A DNA stretch of 64,000 nucleotides, taken from NCBI GenBank assembly GCA_000004695.1, contig CM000152.2, positions 4,576,001 through 4,640,000 on the forward strand. Direction: 5' to 3'. The stretch comes from Dictyostelium discoideum. Its lineage: Eukaryota. The notes below the pieces were generated by a model. The model worked only from the letters and a program-made list of their open reading frames with translations. It ran no database searches and was not told the origin of the DNA. The stretch's first letter is position 1. Each line of letters begins with the position of its first letter. Both the position numbers and the translations under genes were made by a program. This document shows positions 37,870 through 51,320 of the stretch, piece after piece.

Positions 37870-39132
37870 ATGAACAAATTATTTATTTGTATAATTTTAA
37901 TAATAAATTTAAATTTAATTAAATCAAATGAATTAAAATTTAAAATTTCTGAAAATCAATACACAATTTCAATGGAAAGATTAAATAATGGTAATGATAA
38001 TTCACCATTATTAGATTCATTTAAATTACAAGCAAATAATCCATCAGATGAATCACCATGGCTATATAATTATAATGTTGCCTATTGTCCATTCGTACCA
38101 CCAGAAATTGTAAAACAATATAATAATCCAACAAATAGAAATTTAATTATTGGAGCAGCAGTTAGAGTTCAAAATTTAACAAATAATCCAACAAATATTT
38201 ATTCAGTTGGTCCAAGTTCAATTGTATTTACATTTGGAGTATGCGAAAATCAAGATATAAATAATTGTAAATTTAATGCAACCAATTTATCAGATCCAGA
38301 TTACCTAATTACAGGTCCACAATCATCAGATTTCCAATATATTGGTGCAGAAGATCCAAGAATTGTAATGGTAAATCAAACAATTTACATGTATTACACT
38401 GCAGTCAATATGAATGGTACAAATACTCGTGCTCAATTAGCATTGGCAACATGTGATACTAGTTTAGTTTTAACAATTCAAGATTTTAAACAATGTTGGC
38501 AATTACATGGTCCAATAATTGAAGAATCTATATTTTGGTCAAAATCAGCTGGTTTACTCTATAGAGAAAATCAAGAAACTCAATATTTATTCTATGGTGA
38601 TACTGATATCTTTATTGCAACTACTAAAGATTTAATAAATTATTCAACTCTCTTCAATAGCCAATCATCGTCATCATCATCATCATCGAGTTTACAAAGG
38701 GAAACTTTAATAACAACTAGAGATTCAAGTAATTATTTTGATTCAGTTTTAGTTGAATCTGGTCCTGAACCATTACAATTATCAGATGGAAATTGGTTAT
38801 ATCTTTATAATAGTGCTCAACAAGTTACAATACCAAATCAAAAACCAAATTGGGATATTCAATATAATTTAGGTTTTGTAATTTTAAATGGTACAAATCA
38901 AGAATTCAATTCAAATTCAATTCTATATCGAAGTCCAACTCCATTATTTTCACCAACTTTAGATTGGGAATTATGTGATGATTCTTCACCATTTTGGTCA
39001 ACTCATGGTTTAACACCATTAGTTGTCTTTATTGAAGGTTGGATGCCATTAGGTAATGATCAATTTTTAGTATTATATCAAGGTTGTGATTCTGTAATTG
39101 GTACAAGCTTAATCACTGTAAAAATGAATTAA
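37870..39132 (+). CDS. Secreted protein (420 aa) with N-terminal signal peptide. Possible beta-propeller glycoside-hydrolase-like fold (GH43/GH130-like). Function unassigned
   Basis: 'MNKLFICIILIINLNLIKS' is a signal peptide. 'YIGAEDPRIVMVNQTIYMYYTAV', 'LFYGDTDIFIATTKDL' and 'NWLYLYNSAQ' are reminiscent of propeller-blade motifs. Many N-x-S/T sites and a poly-Ser linker. Confidence 0.35.
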   Translation: MNKLFICIILIINLNLIKSNELKFKISENQYTISMERLNNGNDNSPLLDSFKLQANNPSDESPWLYNYNVAYCPFVPPEIVKQYNNPTNRNLIIGAAVRVQNLTNNPTNIYSVGPSSIVFTFGVCENQDINNCKFNATNLSDPDYLITGPQSSDFQYIGAEDPRIVMVNQTIYMYYTAVNMNGTNTRAQLALATCDTSLVLTIQDFKQCWQLHGPIIEESIFWSKSAGLLYRENQETQYLFYGDTDIFIATTKDLINYSTLFNSQSSSSSSSSSLQRETLITTRDSSNYFDSVLVESGPEPLQLSDGNWLYLYNSAQQVTIPNQKPNWDIQYNLGFVILNGTNQEFNSNSILYRSPTPLFSPTLDWELCDDSSPFWSTHGLTPLVVFIEGWMPLGNDQFLVLYQGCDSVIGTSLITVKMN

Positions 39133-39337
39133 TAATACTATTAAATAAATACAAATAATTTTTTTAATTTAAATTTAAAAAAAAAATGAACAAGTATTTT
39201 TATTTATTTTATAAAACATTATAATATTATATAATTAAAAAAAATCTTTAACAAATGAATCTATATACATTTAGAAGTTATTTTTATAGTATTTTTACTA
39301 TTGTTGATATTAAACTATTATTATTATTATTATTAAA

Positions 39338-39376
<39 letters not shown>

Positions 39377-39389
39377 GTTATTATTATTA

Positions 39390-39459
<70 letters not shown>

Positions 39460-39480
39460 TTGTTAAGTGGGAAGGATTAT

Positions 39481-40006
39481 TTAACAATCCTCGAATTCAC
39501 TATTATCATTATCGGAATCATTTTTCATTGAATTGATTATATCATCAATTTCAGAAAGTGTTTCAATAACTTTCTCTCTAATTACCTGGAATTTTTCCAA
39601 GTGTTTTGAATCATAGGATCTAATTTTTCTTTTTTTTGAATGATGTTGATGATTGTGATTTTGATGGTGATGATTTTGGTGGTGATTATTGTGGTGATTA
39701 TTATTATTATTATTAAGTTGTGAAATTGGTGGTTGAATTGATTGTAATGATTGTAATGGTGGTGATACAACATGTAATTTTTTAGAAGGTTGTTGATCAG
39801 AAATTGATGAAAAGAATTGATTACTATTGTTGTTGTTGTTGTTGTTATTGCTGCTATTGTTACTACTAGAGGTAGTAGGACTTGATAAACTAAATCCAAA
39901 ACTACCAGTATTATTACTATGAGATTTTGAAATTGATGGCAATGATAATGATAAATGATTTTCAGATAATGGTGGTGATGGATAATTTGATGAACAATTT
40001 CCATTG

Positions 40007-40039
<33 letters not shown>

Positions 40040-41145
40040 TTTTTTGAATTTCCACTATTACTACCATTTGGATATATACTATGGGCATTATTGGAATTAT
40101 TAATACTATTACTATTGTTATTATTATTATTATTATTGTTATTATTATTATTATTATTACTTAATGAAGACAATGATGAAGATGATGAAGCAGGTGAAGA
40201 AGCAGATGAAGTTGAAGGAGTTGAAGTTGAAGATGATGCACCAGAAGCATTATTATGATTATTATTATTTGTTGGAAATGAACCACCACCAATTGAATAA
40301 TAATTTGGACTTGATTTAATTTCGGTAATTAAATTTTTACAACTTTCCCAGATTTGCTTCTCTCTAAGATTATGAGAATTTATTAAAGATTTTGGGATAC
40401 CAGGTTTTGATTTAATTTCTCTATAGGGATGTTTAAAAAACTTTGAATTTTTACCCAAGAGATTTGTCATTTGAGAACGAACCAATTTTTCAGAGATTGG
40501 ACGGCCGACCATTTCTTCAAGCTTCTTGGCGATATTATGATAATAATAGGGGTTCTTTGTAGTGGATAGTGCAATCTTTAACATTAATTCAATATTTGGA
40601 TTGATCCAAATCTCTCTATTTCTACTACCAGCCTTTGATCCATTCAAAGAATCATTAAATTCTGAATCACCACCAATTCCACTACTACTCTCTTCATCTC
40701 CGATCTCTTCATATTCTTCATCATCTTCAATTTCTCTTTCATAATCTTCATCATAATCTTCATCATCATTATAATTTATTAAATTTGTTTGATTATTTAA
40801 ATTTGAATTTATATTATTATTATTATTATCACGATTATTTGAAATATTTTGGTTATTATTATTTTGTATATTGCGATTTTTATTATTATTATTTGTACTA
40901 TTTGAATTTATTGTCGAGTCATCAACATCATCATAATTATAATTATAATTTGAATTTGAAAAATGATGAATTTGACTTTCATTGGTTGGTGATGAAGATG
41001 AAGTAGGATCACTATTATGATGATCTATCATTGTCCTAGATGATGATAACTGATGTATATTATTATTATTGTTATTATTATTATTATTATTAATATTATT
41101 ACTACTACTATTACTACTACTTCTAACTCTATGATGTGTAGTCAT
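39481..41145 (-). CDS. Hypothetical Asn/Ser/His-rich (probably nuclear) protein (554 aa) with one ordered central domain ('IWINPNIELMLKIALSTTKNPYYYHNIAKKLEEMVGRPISEKLVRSQMTNLLGK…')
   Basis: Single ORF, ATG at 41145. Acidic D/E/Y stretch and HHQNHHH tracts. Low-complexity flanks. Confidence 0.5.
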
Positions 41146-41517
41146 TTTATAATTTTATAATTTTATATTTTATTAATAATTGTTCAATTAAATATAATTT
41201 TGGTTTTTATTTTTTTTTTTTTTTTTTATTTTTTATTTTAAAATTTAAATTATAATTTATTTTATTTTATTTATTTTTTTTTTTATTATATTTTATTTAA
41301 TTTTTTATTTTTATATTTTTAAACATAAAATAAAATATATATATATATATTAATTTTTAAAATAAAATTAAAATTTTAAATTTTTAAAAATAAAATTAAT
41401 AATAAAAAAAAAAAAAAAACTTATTAAAAGAAGGAAAAAATGGATTTTATTTTGAAATATTAAAGTATTTAATGTTTTTATTTTTATTTTTTTGTTCCAA
41501 TTTTATATATTTTTTTG

Positions 41518-41548
<31 letters not shown>

Positions 41549-41820
41549 TTTTTTTTTTTTTAAATTAATAATATATAATAAAAATGGATCAGTTGGCAAT
41601 AAAAAAAAAAATATAAAAAAAAAAAAGTTGATTGGACACACACAATGATTAATTTTTATAAAAAGTAGTGTTTTTTTTTTTTTTTATATTTTTTGAAATA
41701 AAAAAAAAAAAATTTTTATTAAAAATTTAATTTAAAATAAAAATTTTAAAAAATGGTTTTTACTATTATTGGTACTTTTTTTGAAACAAACTACAAAATT
41801 AATTTTTTTTTTTTTTTTTT

Positions 41821-41855
<35 letters not shown>

Positions 41856-41999
41856 TTTTTATTTTTTTTTATAAAATGGAAATTTTATAATTTTTGAAAA
41901 AAATTAAAAAAATAAAAAACCCTTTTGTTTGCACAATATAATTTGAATTTATATAAATAAGGATAAACTCTAAAGGTTTTTTTTTTTTTTTTTGTTGTT

Positions 42000-42044
<45 letters not shown>

Positions 42045-43594
42045 CAAAATTTATTTTTATTTTTTTTTTTTTTTTTTGTTTTGTTTTTTTTTATTTTATT
42101 TTTTTTTTTCTATTTTTATTATTAAAATATTATTTTAAAATAATTACCAATAACAGCAACACCCCCAATAAAATAAAAACTTTAAAAATTCAAACAAAAA
42201 CAGTTGAAAAAATTGAGATAAAAATGAATTTTTATATGAGACAATCAAAAAATTAGATTTTACCACAATAATGAACATAAACTATTGGGTAAAAGTGGTG
42301 GTTGTGGTGGTGTTGTTTTTGTTGTTGTTGTTTGAGTTATTTGTTTTTTATGATGGCTTGGTTTTTATTTATTTTTTATTTTTTTAAAAAAAAAAAATAA
42401 TAATTTATGTAATGAATATGTAAAAAACAAAAAAAATAAAAAAAAATAAAAAAAATAAAAAAAAAAAACTTTGAAAAGGAAAATTCTAAAAATAAATTTT
42501 TAAGATTTAAAAATAAAAAATAAAAAAAAAATAAAAAAAAAATAAATAAAAATAATAAAAAAACAATTAAAAAATAATAATAAAATAAATAAATAAATAT
42601 ATAAATAAAATGATTTCTATGTTTTTTTTGGATGTAAAAAGTTAAAAAAAAAAAAAATAGAAAAAAATTTAAGTAATTATAAAAAATAAAAAAATAAAAA
42701 AAAAAAAAAATAGTAAAAAAAAATTAAAATAATAAATAAAATACTTACTAAAAAAAAAAAAGTAAATTTATTATTTATAAGAATATAAATATTTTATTTT
42801 TATGATAATTATTGATTTAAAATATCAATAACATTAATAAAAATAAAAATATAAAAATTAAAAAAAAAAAAAAAAAAATAATAAAATAATAAAAAAAATA
42901 AAAATAAATATATAAAATTTAAAATTCATCTTCTTCAAAACACACTCTCACTCACTTATATCTCTTTCTCTCTCAACTATATATGTATTTTTTTTACCTT
43001 CAAAAATAACAGCAAAAGTGGCAACAACAATTAAAACGTTTAAATTTTAATTTCTTTTTTTTTTTTTTTTTTTTTAATATATATATATTTATTTATTTAA
43101 TTATTTTATTTTAATTGTTTTTTTTTTTCTCTCTTGAGTAATTTATTTATTTTTTGCCACTTTGCTGTTTTTGTTGTTGTTGTTGTGTTAAAATTAAATT
43201 AAGCTAAATTAAATTAAATTAAAATTAAATTAAATAAAATAAATAAAATAAAATAATAATTATATTTTTTATATTTATTTTTTATTTTTTATTTTTTATT
43301 TTTATTATATCAGCCAGTGCTTGCAATAATTTACTCTATCACCACATAATAAGTAAAGTTAAAATAGTTTTTTCCAAATATCAATAAATAATTTTATATC
43401 ATAAATAAATGAGATTTAGAAGAGTAATAGTGACAGCAGTAAAATTGTAGTTATAGCAGGGGGTATATATTTGGTGTGTGTATATGTGTGTGAGTGTTTG
43501 TGGGTTTATTGTTGAAAATAATTTGATACTATATAGTACAATTTAGATAGAAATGTGGTGTGTTGAGTTTGCATACCAAAAAACCATTTTGGTT

Positions 43595-43632
<38 letters not shown>

Positions 43633-43729
43633 GATTTTTTTTTCCAAAGCTTTTGAGTGTGTGAGTGTGTTTAATAAAATTATTTTTTTTTATTGGCAAA
43701 TTTTAAAGGATTTGATTGGTCATTACATT

Positions 43730-43766
<37 letters not shown>

Positions 43767-43889
43767 AAGATTAAAATAAATAAAAAATAAAATTTAATAA
43801 AAATAAAAAGTATCAAAATTGAATACAAGATTCAATCAAAATTATTTATTGGGTTATTGGGTTTTTATTATTATTATTATTATTATTAA

Positions 43890-43953
<64 letters not shown>

Positions 43954-45317
43954 TTATATTTTAAGTTTGCTATTTTTGTTGTTGTTGTTTGTTGTTTTAT
44001 TGCAGTAAAAAGTTCACATATTATTTTAATATTAATATAAATTTTTAAAATCCTTTTTTATTTTTATTTTTTTTTTTATCTATCATTGTTTGCAAATACA
44101 ATTAAAAATTTATATTATAAATCTGAATCTTTCAATGTATGAACTCAATATTATTAATTTTATTAAATAATAAAATTTAATTTTAAAATTATAATTAAAT
44201 AAAAAAATTATTTGAAAAAAAAAAAAAACAAATAAAAAAAAAAAATTCTATAAATAAAGAATATTTTATTTAATTTTATTTAAAATTTTTTTTTTTTTTT
44301 TTTTTAATTTTAATTTTAATTTTATTTTTTTTATTTTATAATAATTTAAATGGTTTTCTTTTTTTTCTTTTTTTTTTTTTATTTGGTTAAAAATTGATGT
44401 TTTTTTTTATTAAAAAAATTATATTTTTAGTTATACTTTTAAAATAAAAATTGATATTGCCTTAAATATCATTGGTTGAGAATAAAATTTTAAAAGGTCA
44501 AAAACAGCATGATCAATCAAATTTGGTTTTTTTTTTTTTTCAAAAAAAATATATTTTTTTTTAATTTTGGAGAAAAAACAATTTTTTTTTGAATTATTTT
44601 TCTTTTTTTTTTTTTTTTTTTTTTAATTTTTTTTTTTTCAAAATCAGTTCCTTTTTTTATTTTTATTTTTTTTTATTTTTTTTTTATTTAATAATCCACC
44701 AAATAAATAACATTATCCGTTATATACTTTTTTTTTTTAAAATTTTTTTTTTTTTATTGTCTGTTGTTGTATTTTTATATTTATTAAGTAATTTTTGTAT
44801 TTTTAACAACACCACTTTTCATCACGACACGCTCTCCCCATCAAATCTCATTTTCCAAGATCTAGATTAAATATAACATTGTGGTAAGATTTCAAAAAAA
44901 AATTTTTTTTTTTTCCTCTTTTTTTTTTTTTTTTAAAAATAATAATATTATATTTTTGTCAATATTAACAAACTAACCCTACCCACACTCTCTAATCAAA
45001 AAAATAAAAAAATAAAAAAATAAAAAAATAAAAAATAAAAAATAATAATAAAAAAAATAAATAATAAAAATAATAAATAATAAAAAAAATAAATAATAAA
45101 AATAATAAATAAAAAAAAAAAAAAATAAAAATAAAAATACATATTTATTAATTGACAATTAAAAGTAATATTAAAATAAATTATTATTATTTTAATAATA
45201 ATAAATAAATAAAGAAGAGAAGAGAAGAAAAAAGAAAAAAAAAAAATAAAAATTTAAAAAAAAAGAAAAATAATAATAATAAAATAATAATAAAGTAATA
45301 ATAATAATAATAATAAA

Positions 45318-48300
45318 ATGGAACAATTATTAGAAGCAATTAGTGATGCAGTATCATCAATGGTATTATATTCAGTTGAAGCAGATGAAAGTAATGCAGC
45401 AATTCCAAATATTTTACCAGGAGCACAAGGTGTAAAATCAACGGTTGATTATTTAGTTGATTTAGCTTCAAAGAGTGCAGCATTATGGGACAACTTTAAT
45501 CAACCAGATATGAAAGTGAAAATGATTGACACATGTGATAAAATTAAAGAATCAACAGGATTCTTATTGGAATCAGCAACGATTCTCTCAAATATGCCAT
45601 TCAATAAACCAGCTAAAAAGATTCTATTAAAGGGTGCAAAGGGTATTATGGAGCATATGGTAGTACTATTGCAACAAGCCGATCTCTATGAGGTCACTCG
45701 TTTAATTAGATATTGCAGACGTTGCGAGAGTAAATTAAAGATTTTCATTGGTTTAGATCCTGGTGAAACCTTTTTCGCTACAGCTGCTCAAGATTTTGTT
45801 ACATCCACAGTTGAAGTTGGTAAAATCGTTACCAAACGTATTGGTGAAATCGATGACTACGCTCTAAAGAAACGTTTCGAAGAAGCAAATAGTTCTCTTA
45901 AAGTTGAAGTCCCAGTTGTCCTCCAACATTTTGCCTACTACCAAAGAGATGCTAACGATAGACATTCCTTTGATCAAGGTCATATCGTTGCTAAAACTAT
46001 CTTTTCAATCATTGATGAAATTATTACAGTCGCTCGTTTATCTGCAAAATCACCATTTGATTTATCAATGATTCAAGGTCTTGATCTTCGTGATGATGAT
46101 GATCTTAAAGATGTTAATATTTTAATTTCTCAAGAGAAATCAAGATTATTATCTGCAATTGAAGGTTAGTAATAATAATAATAATAATAATTAATAATTA
46201 ATGATTTTTTTTTATATATTAATTTTTATTTTTTTTTTTTTTTATTTTTTTAAAAAACATTTAGCTGGTGATGGTAAAGAAGCATCAAGAGCATTAAAAG
46301 CAATTAAAAAAGGATTAACAGATCAAATTGTTATATCAAAAGCATTAGCAAAATCAACAGATAATCCAATTGAAAAGAAGAGATTAGAAGATGCAGCAAG
46401 AAATGCAGAATTTATATTGGATAGTATTGTTGCACAATTTGGTCAAGCAGTTGAAGAATTATTATCAAGACCAGATAATTCAATACTTTTCAATAGATTA
46501 AAAGCAAATTTAGATACTATTATGGAGGCATCTGACCAAATGGTAACAAGTTCAGCACGTTTATCATCGAATGATGTTTCAGAGGCAACAAAGAATTTAG
46601 AAGAATTAATTGAAAAGGTTAGAGGTAATATATCAAAGAGTGAATTTGAAAAACTTGCAGTAAACATACCATTACTTCAACCAACATTTAATGATATTTT
46701 AGATATTGTCGATGGAATTGCAATGGGTACTCAAGACGCAACCATTAAACAAAGTCTCGAATTTGCAAGTAAGGAAGGTAGAAACAGAGGCTCAGAGATC
46801 ATTGGTAGATTGGAACAATTATCAAAACAACTCGAAAAGAATCCAAATAATAAACGTGAAATCGAATTGGAAATGAATCAATTATTGACTCAATTGAATC
46901 AAATTGGTAGAGATCTTTTGAAAGCCGTTTCATTGGGTACTTCGAATCAAATCTATGAAACTCATAAATCCATTGAAGAGAATTTAGCAAAACTTAAACA
47001 AGCCGTACTTTCAAATGACCAAAAAGAAGTCACCACTGCTTTACGTGCAATTAGAAAAGGTATGAATGATCAATTGAATATCGCCAAATCAATTGAACGT
47101 ATCACAGAGGACCAACAAATGAAAGATGCCCTACAAGCTGCAATCTTAAAGGCTGATGAAGAATTGAATGATTTAATTAAGAATCTTTACACTTCAACTC
47201 AAGAGGCAATGTTAGATTCATCAAATCCAAAAGCAATCGCTAAATTGGATGAATCAATTCGTGGTATCGATGAAATGAATCAAAGTTTTTTAGGTGCAGT
47301 TTCTCGTGATATCATGACTGAAAACACTAAACAAATGGAATTGAAATTGGCTCAATTGGTTCATTCATTGAAATCTGGTGATCAACAATTGACCGTTCAA
47401 GTTTTAAAAGGTGTCATTGAAGATATAAAGAAACAAGGTTTAGTAGCTGAATTGGCTTCAAATTCAATCAAAGACTCTGATGAACATCGTGCAAATCGTA
47501 TTAAAGAGAGAGCTGTCGATTTAACAAATACCGGTCCAAATTTGGTTAAATCAGTTAAAGCAAATCTAATTGAAATGAATTCTGATAATTTATCAGCATT
47601 GGTTCAAAATATTGGTCAAATTCGTGAAACAAATAAAGATTTAAATAATGCTGTTTTCATGAGTACCGAAGAGGAACTCTTGGAAAATTCAGCAAAGATT
47701 GATCAAGAGATGAGAAGAATTCAAACCGCTTTAGCCAATGGTAAACCAATTACAGAACAAGAGATAAACTCATTAATGAAGAAAATGAATAACCAAATTC
47801 GTTTGGCTCATCAACATGCTAAATCAATGAAAGATCCAAATTCAAAGAAAATCCTATTGGATACAACTGATAATTTAAATAAATTGGTATCATTATTGGT
47901 TGATGCTTGTAAACAATCAATTGATAATCCATCCGATGAGAAAGCAAAACAAAAAGTTAAAGATCTTTTGAATGAAGCAATCAAGGCCAACTTGGATTTA
48001 ATTGGTAATAGTTTCTCAACTGCTGAAGAATTGGTTTATGGTACTCCAAATCTTTTGAAATTAATTTCAAAACTTGAAGAGGCAATGGCAAATGGTGATC
48101 TCGATGAGATTAAACGTTGTTTCAAAGAATTGAATGAGGAACTTTCAAAACAACTATTCTTGGCTAGAATTGCTGAAGCTTCAATCACTGATCCAGAGAG
48201 AAAGAAACAATTATTAGAAGCAATTGCTGATTTAGAAAGATTACAAACTGATCTTTATCCATCGGTTATGGAATTCATTTCAAATCCAAACTCTAAGGAA

Positions 48301-50772
48301 GCTCGTGAGAATTTACAACAACTTTTAAGAAAATTAAAGAATGATGTTGAACGTGTTTCTTCAATCTCTTCAACCTCTCCTTCTGAACATCTTGAAAGTA
48401 AATCATATGCTGTCGCCAATGAATTGAATAAGGTTGAACGTGGTTTACATTCAAATAATCAAGCTGAAGTTAATGATGGTGCAAATAAAGCAATCGCTGG
48501 TATTAAACAACAAATTCAACTCTCTAAACATATCGCTGAACATACTGATAATATTGCTCAAAAGAGAGAAATCATCGATTTATCTGATCGTCTTGAAAAA
48601 CAAGCATTGGTTTTACAACAAGCTATCAAAGAATCATTGGCAAATCCATCATCTGCCGCTCATAAAGAAAAAGTTTATCAAGCTTCATGTGCTACTCGTA
48701 CTTTAATGGCTCAATTAATTGCTGCATCATCTTCAAAAGTACCAGAGGAACAAATTATTACCACTGCTCAATCAATTAAAAGAGATCTTGATAATTTATC
48801 CATTGCATTGGCAAAGGGTGGTAAAGATGCTGAAAAAGCAATTAAAGAATTTAAATCTGGCGAAACTAAACAAAAGATTGAATTATTGAAAGCCTATGCT
48901 TCAAAAGTTCAAAATCCACATCAAAAGAAACAAATCAATCAAGCAATTGCACAATTAGAGGAAAATGTTAAACAATCAATTGATTTCGTTGAGAAAACTA
49001 TTGGTACTACTACTGATAAGCCATCAACTGTTGAACAACAAAAGAAATTAAAAGAATTGATTGATAATAGTTCAGTTGCTGCTAATCAAGTGATTTCAGT
49101 TTCAACAGGTTCAAATGAAGATCGTTTACTTTCAAAAGCTGTTAAAATCAATGAAACCCTCGATAGAATTTCAAAATCTGCACATGGTGGTAATAAGGCT
49201 GATGTAGATTCAAATGTTAAAGAGTTGAGAGAAGAATTGGGTGATACCATTCAATTGATTAAACAAGCATCAGAGAATGTTAAAGATCCACATAAAAAAG
49301 TTGCCCTCAATGAAATTGCAGAAAAATTAAAATTAGTTTCACAACCAATTTCAAATGCTGCAAATAATACTATTTCAAAACCATCTGATAACGCTTCAAA
49401 GACTGAATTAAATAATCTCATCAATCAAACTAAAGAACTTTTGGGTAAAGCAGTTGTAAACTCTACAAACAATGATAATCCAACCCAACAATTGGATCAA
49501 GTACTTTATAAAGCAAGTAATGATATCAATCGTTTAAATAATGCAGTTGAAAGTGGTGATCAAAAATCAATTGGTGATTCATTAACTAATCTTAAAGACA
49601 CTGAAAATAGATTGAAAATACTTGGTAATTCATTACCATCCAATTCTGTAGAGAGTGAAAAAGTTAAGAAATCAATTCAAGAAATTAGTAATCAAGTTTT
49701 ACCAAGTATCATTAATAATGCAACCGTGATTTTAACTCAACCAAAAGATTCAAATAATTCTAAATCCATTGTTAATAAGGAATCAAAGAAAGCTTTATCA
49801 GATTTATCAAATGTTATCTCTATCACTAATAAATCACCAGAAGAGAAAATCATTGCAAATGGTACCGTTCTTCATCGTGATACTGATCAATTGAATACTT
49901 CCACTAAACAATCAAAAATTGATCCAACTCAAGTTCAAAATAATGTTGATACAATCTATAAAACTGTTGCTGAACAAACTTTATTAGCACGTGCTTTAGC
50001 TAATCAAACTTCAAATACATCAAGAAAACAATCTTTACAAGATAAATCTGATCAATTAGAGAAACTTTTACCAGAATTAGAAAAAGCCAATAAAGATATT
50101 CAATCATCCGCTTCAAGTGGTAAACCAGTTGATAAGCAAATGGTTGATAGACTTGATAAAATTACCAATGATATTAAATCAATCAATCAATCAATTGTTA
50201 GTGAAGCAATTAATGAAAAATTAGAGAAAGAACATAAAGAGAGAGAAATTCGTGAAGCCGCCTATAGAGAGGAACAAGAAAGATTAAGACGTGAAAAGGA
50301 AGAAAGAGAAAAAGCTCAACAAGATGAAGTTTTAGCTGCTGCTCAAAAAATCGCTGAAAGAACTAAAAATCTCAATAAAGATCAAACTCCAGAAGGTAAA
50401 CTTTATAGTACCGCTCAAGGTATCGCTGGTATCATGAGAGATCTTTCAATTGCTGCCACTACTAATGATAAGAAGGGTATGATCACTTGTTCGAAACTCT
50501 TGGCTGAACAAGTAGCTCTTTACCTTCAACAAGCTAAAGAAACCGCTTCTAAATGTACTGATCCAAAATTAAAAGAACAAATTATTACTGCTGCTCAAGC
50601 CGCTAAAAATTTCACTGTTCAACTTAAAATTATTGCTGCTGTTAAAGCCGCTAGCGATGATGATGATCCAAGTTCAAATAAACAACAATTGGTTAAATGT
50701 GCTAAAGGTTTAGCAAAAGCTATCGTTGGTACTATTAATGCTGTAGAAATTGGTCAAATTAGAGTAAAATAA
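45318..50772 (+). CDS. Vinculin / alpha-catenin family protein, unusually long (~1784 aa, extended helical-bundle rod); join(45318..46164,46265..50772)
   Basis: N-terminus 'AIPNILPGAQGVKSTVDYLVDLASKS…KKILLKGAKGIMEHMVVLLQQADLYEVTRLIRYCRRCESKL' aligns with the vinculin head ('[25 protein letters not shown]…[38 protein letters not shown]'). C-terminus 'IITAAQAAKNFTVQLKIIAAVKAASDDDDPSSNKQQLVKCAKGLAKAIVGTINAV' resembles the vinculin/alpha-catenin tail. Intron G|GTTAGT…TTTAG| (100 nt), phase 1. Confidence 0.65.
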
Positions 50773-51036
50773 AAAAATAAAAATTAAAATTAAAATAATA
50801 TATAAAAAAAAAAAAAAATGGATTATAAATAGAATTTCTGGATTTGGAAAATGTCCTAATTTTTTTTTTTTTTTTTTTTAACTAAAAGATATTAATTGGT
50901 TTAAAATAACTGATTGGTCACTAATTTTAAATATAAAAGTTGGTTGTATATAATTAAAAAAAAAAAAAAATTAAATTTTTAATTCAAAAAATCATGATAT
51001 TTTTCTTTTTTTTTTTTAATTATGACTCCCATAAAT

Positions 51037-51044
51037 TAATATTT
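51037..51044 (+). promoter_or_regulatory. DUSE-like upstream element 'TCCCATAA' (Dictyostelium ncRNA promoter box), ~60 nt upstream of the candidate ncRNA
   Basis: Matches the [A/T]CCCA[C/T]AA consensus. Spacing to the start of the GC-rich island (51101) is about 57 nt. Confidence 0.45.
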
Positions 51045-51100
51045 TTATTAAAACAAATACAACAAAAATTTTTAAAACATTATTATTAATTTGAGGAGAG

Positions 51101-51320
51101 ATTAAAGGTGCAGGGCGGTCAGCTACTTCGTTCATTAATTTAATTAAAATTTGCCGTAACTTGAAATTACCGTAATCATTTGATAACTTCTGTGTATAAA
51201 ATTGGAGTTCATATGAGGAGAATCAGATTCTGATTGATCTTTCGTGAACAATCCAAAAACTGACCCCGCAAACACTTAATAATAACTCCTTTTGGCAATT
51301 TGAATTTTAATCTTTAAGAC
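51101..51320 (+). ncRNA. Candidate structured small ncRNA (~220 nt), possibly SRP/7SL-like or snRNA-like. Ends approximate
   Basis: A locally GC-richer island in otherwise very AT-rich DNA, with no ORF. Its 5' end 'GAGGAGAGATTAAAGG' is complementary to its 3' end 'CTCC…TTTAATCT'. Internal hairpins: 'CCGTAActtgaaaTTACCG' and the perfect palindrome 'AATCAGattCTGATT'. 'GGTGCAGGGCGGTCAGCTACTTCG' is reminiscent of the SRP Alu-domain 'CCCAGCUACUCGGG'. 'GGCAATTTGAATTTT' is Sm-site-like. It ends at a T9 run (51318-51327), a Pol III-type terminator. Confidence 0.4.
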
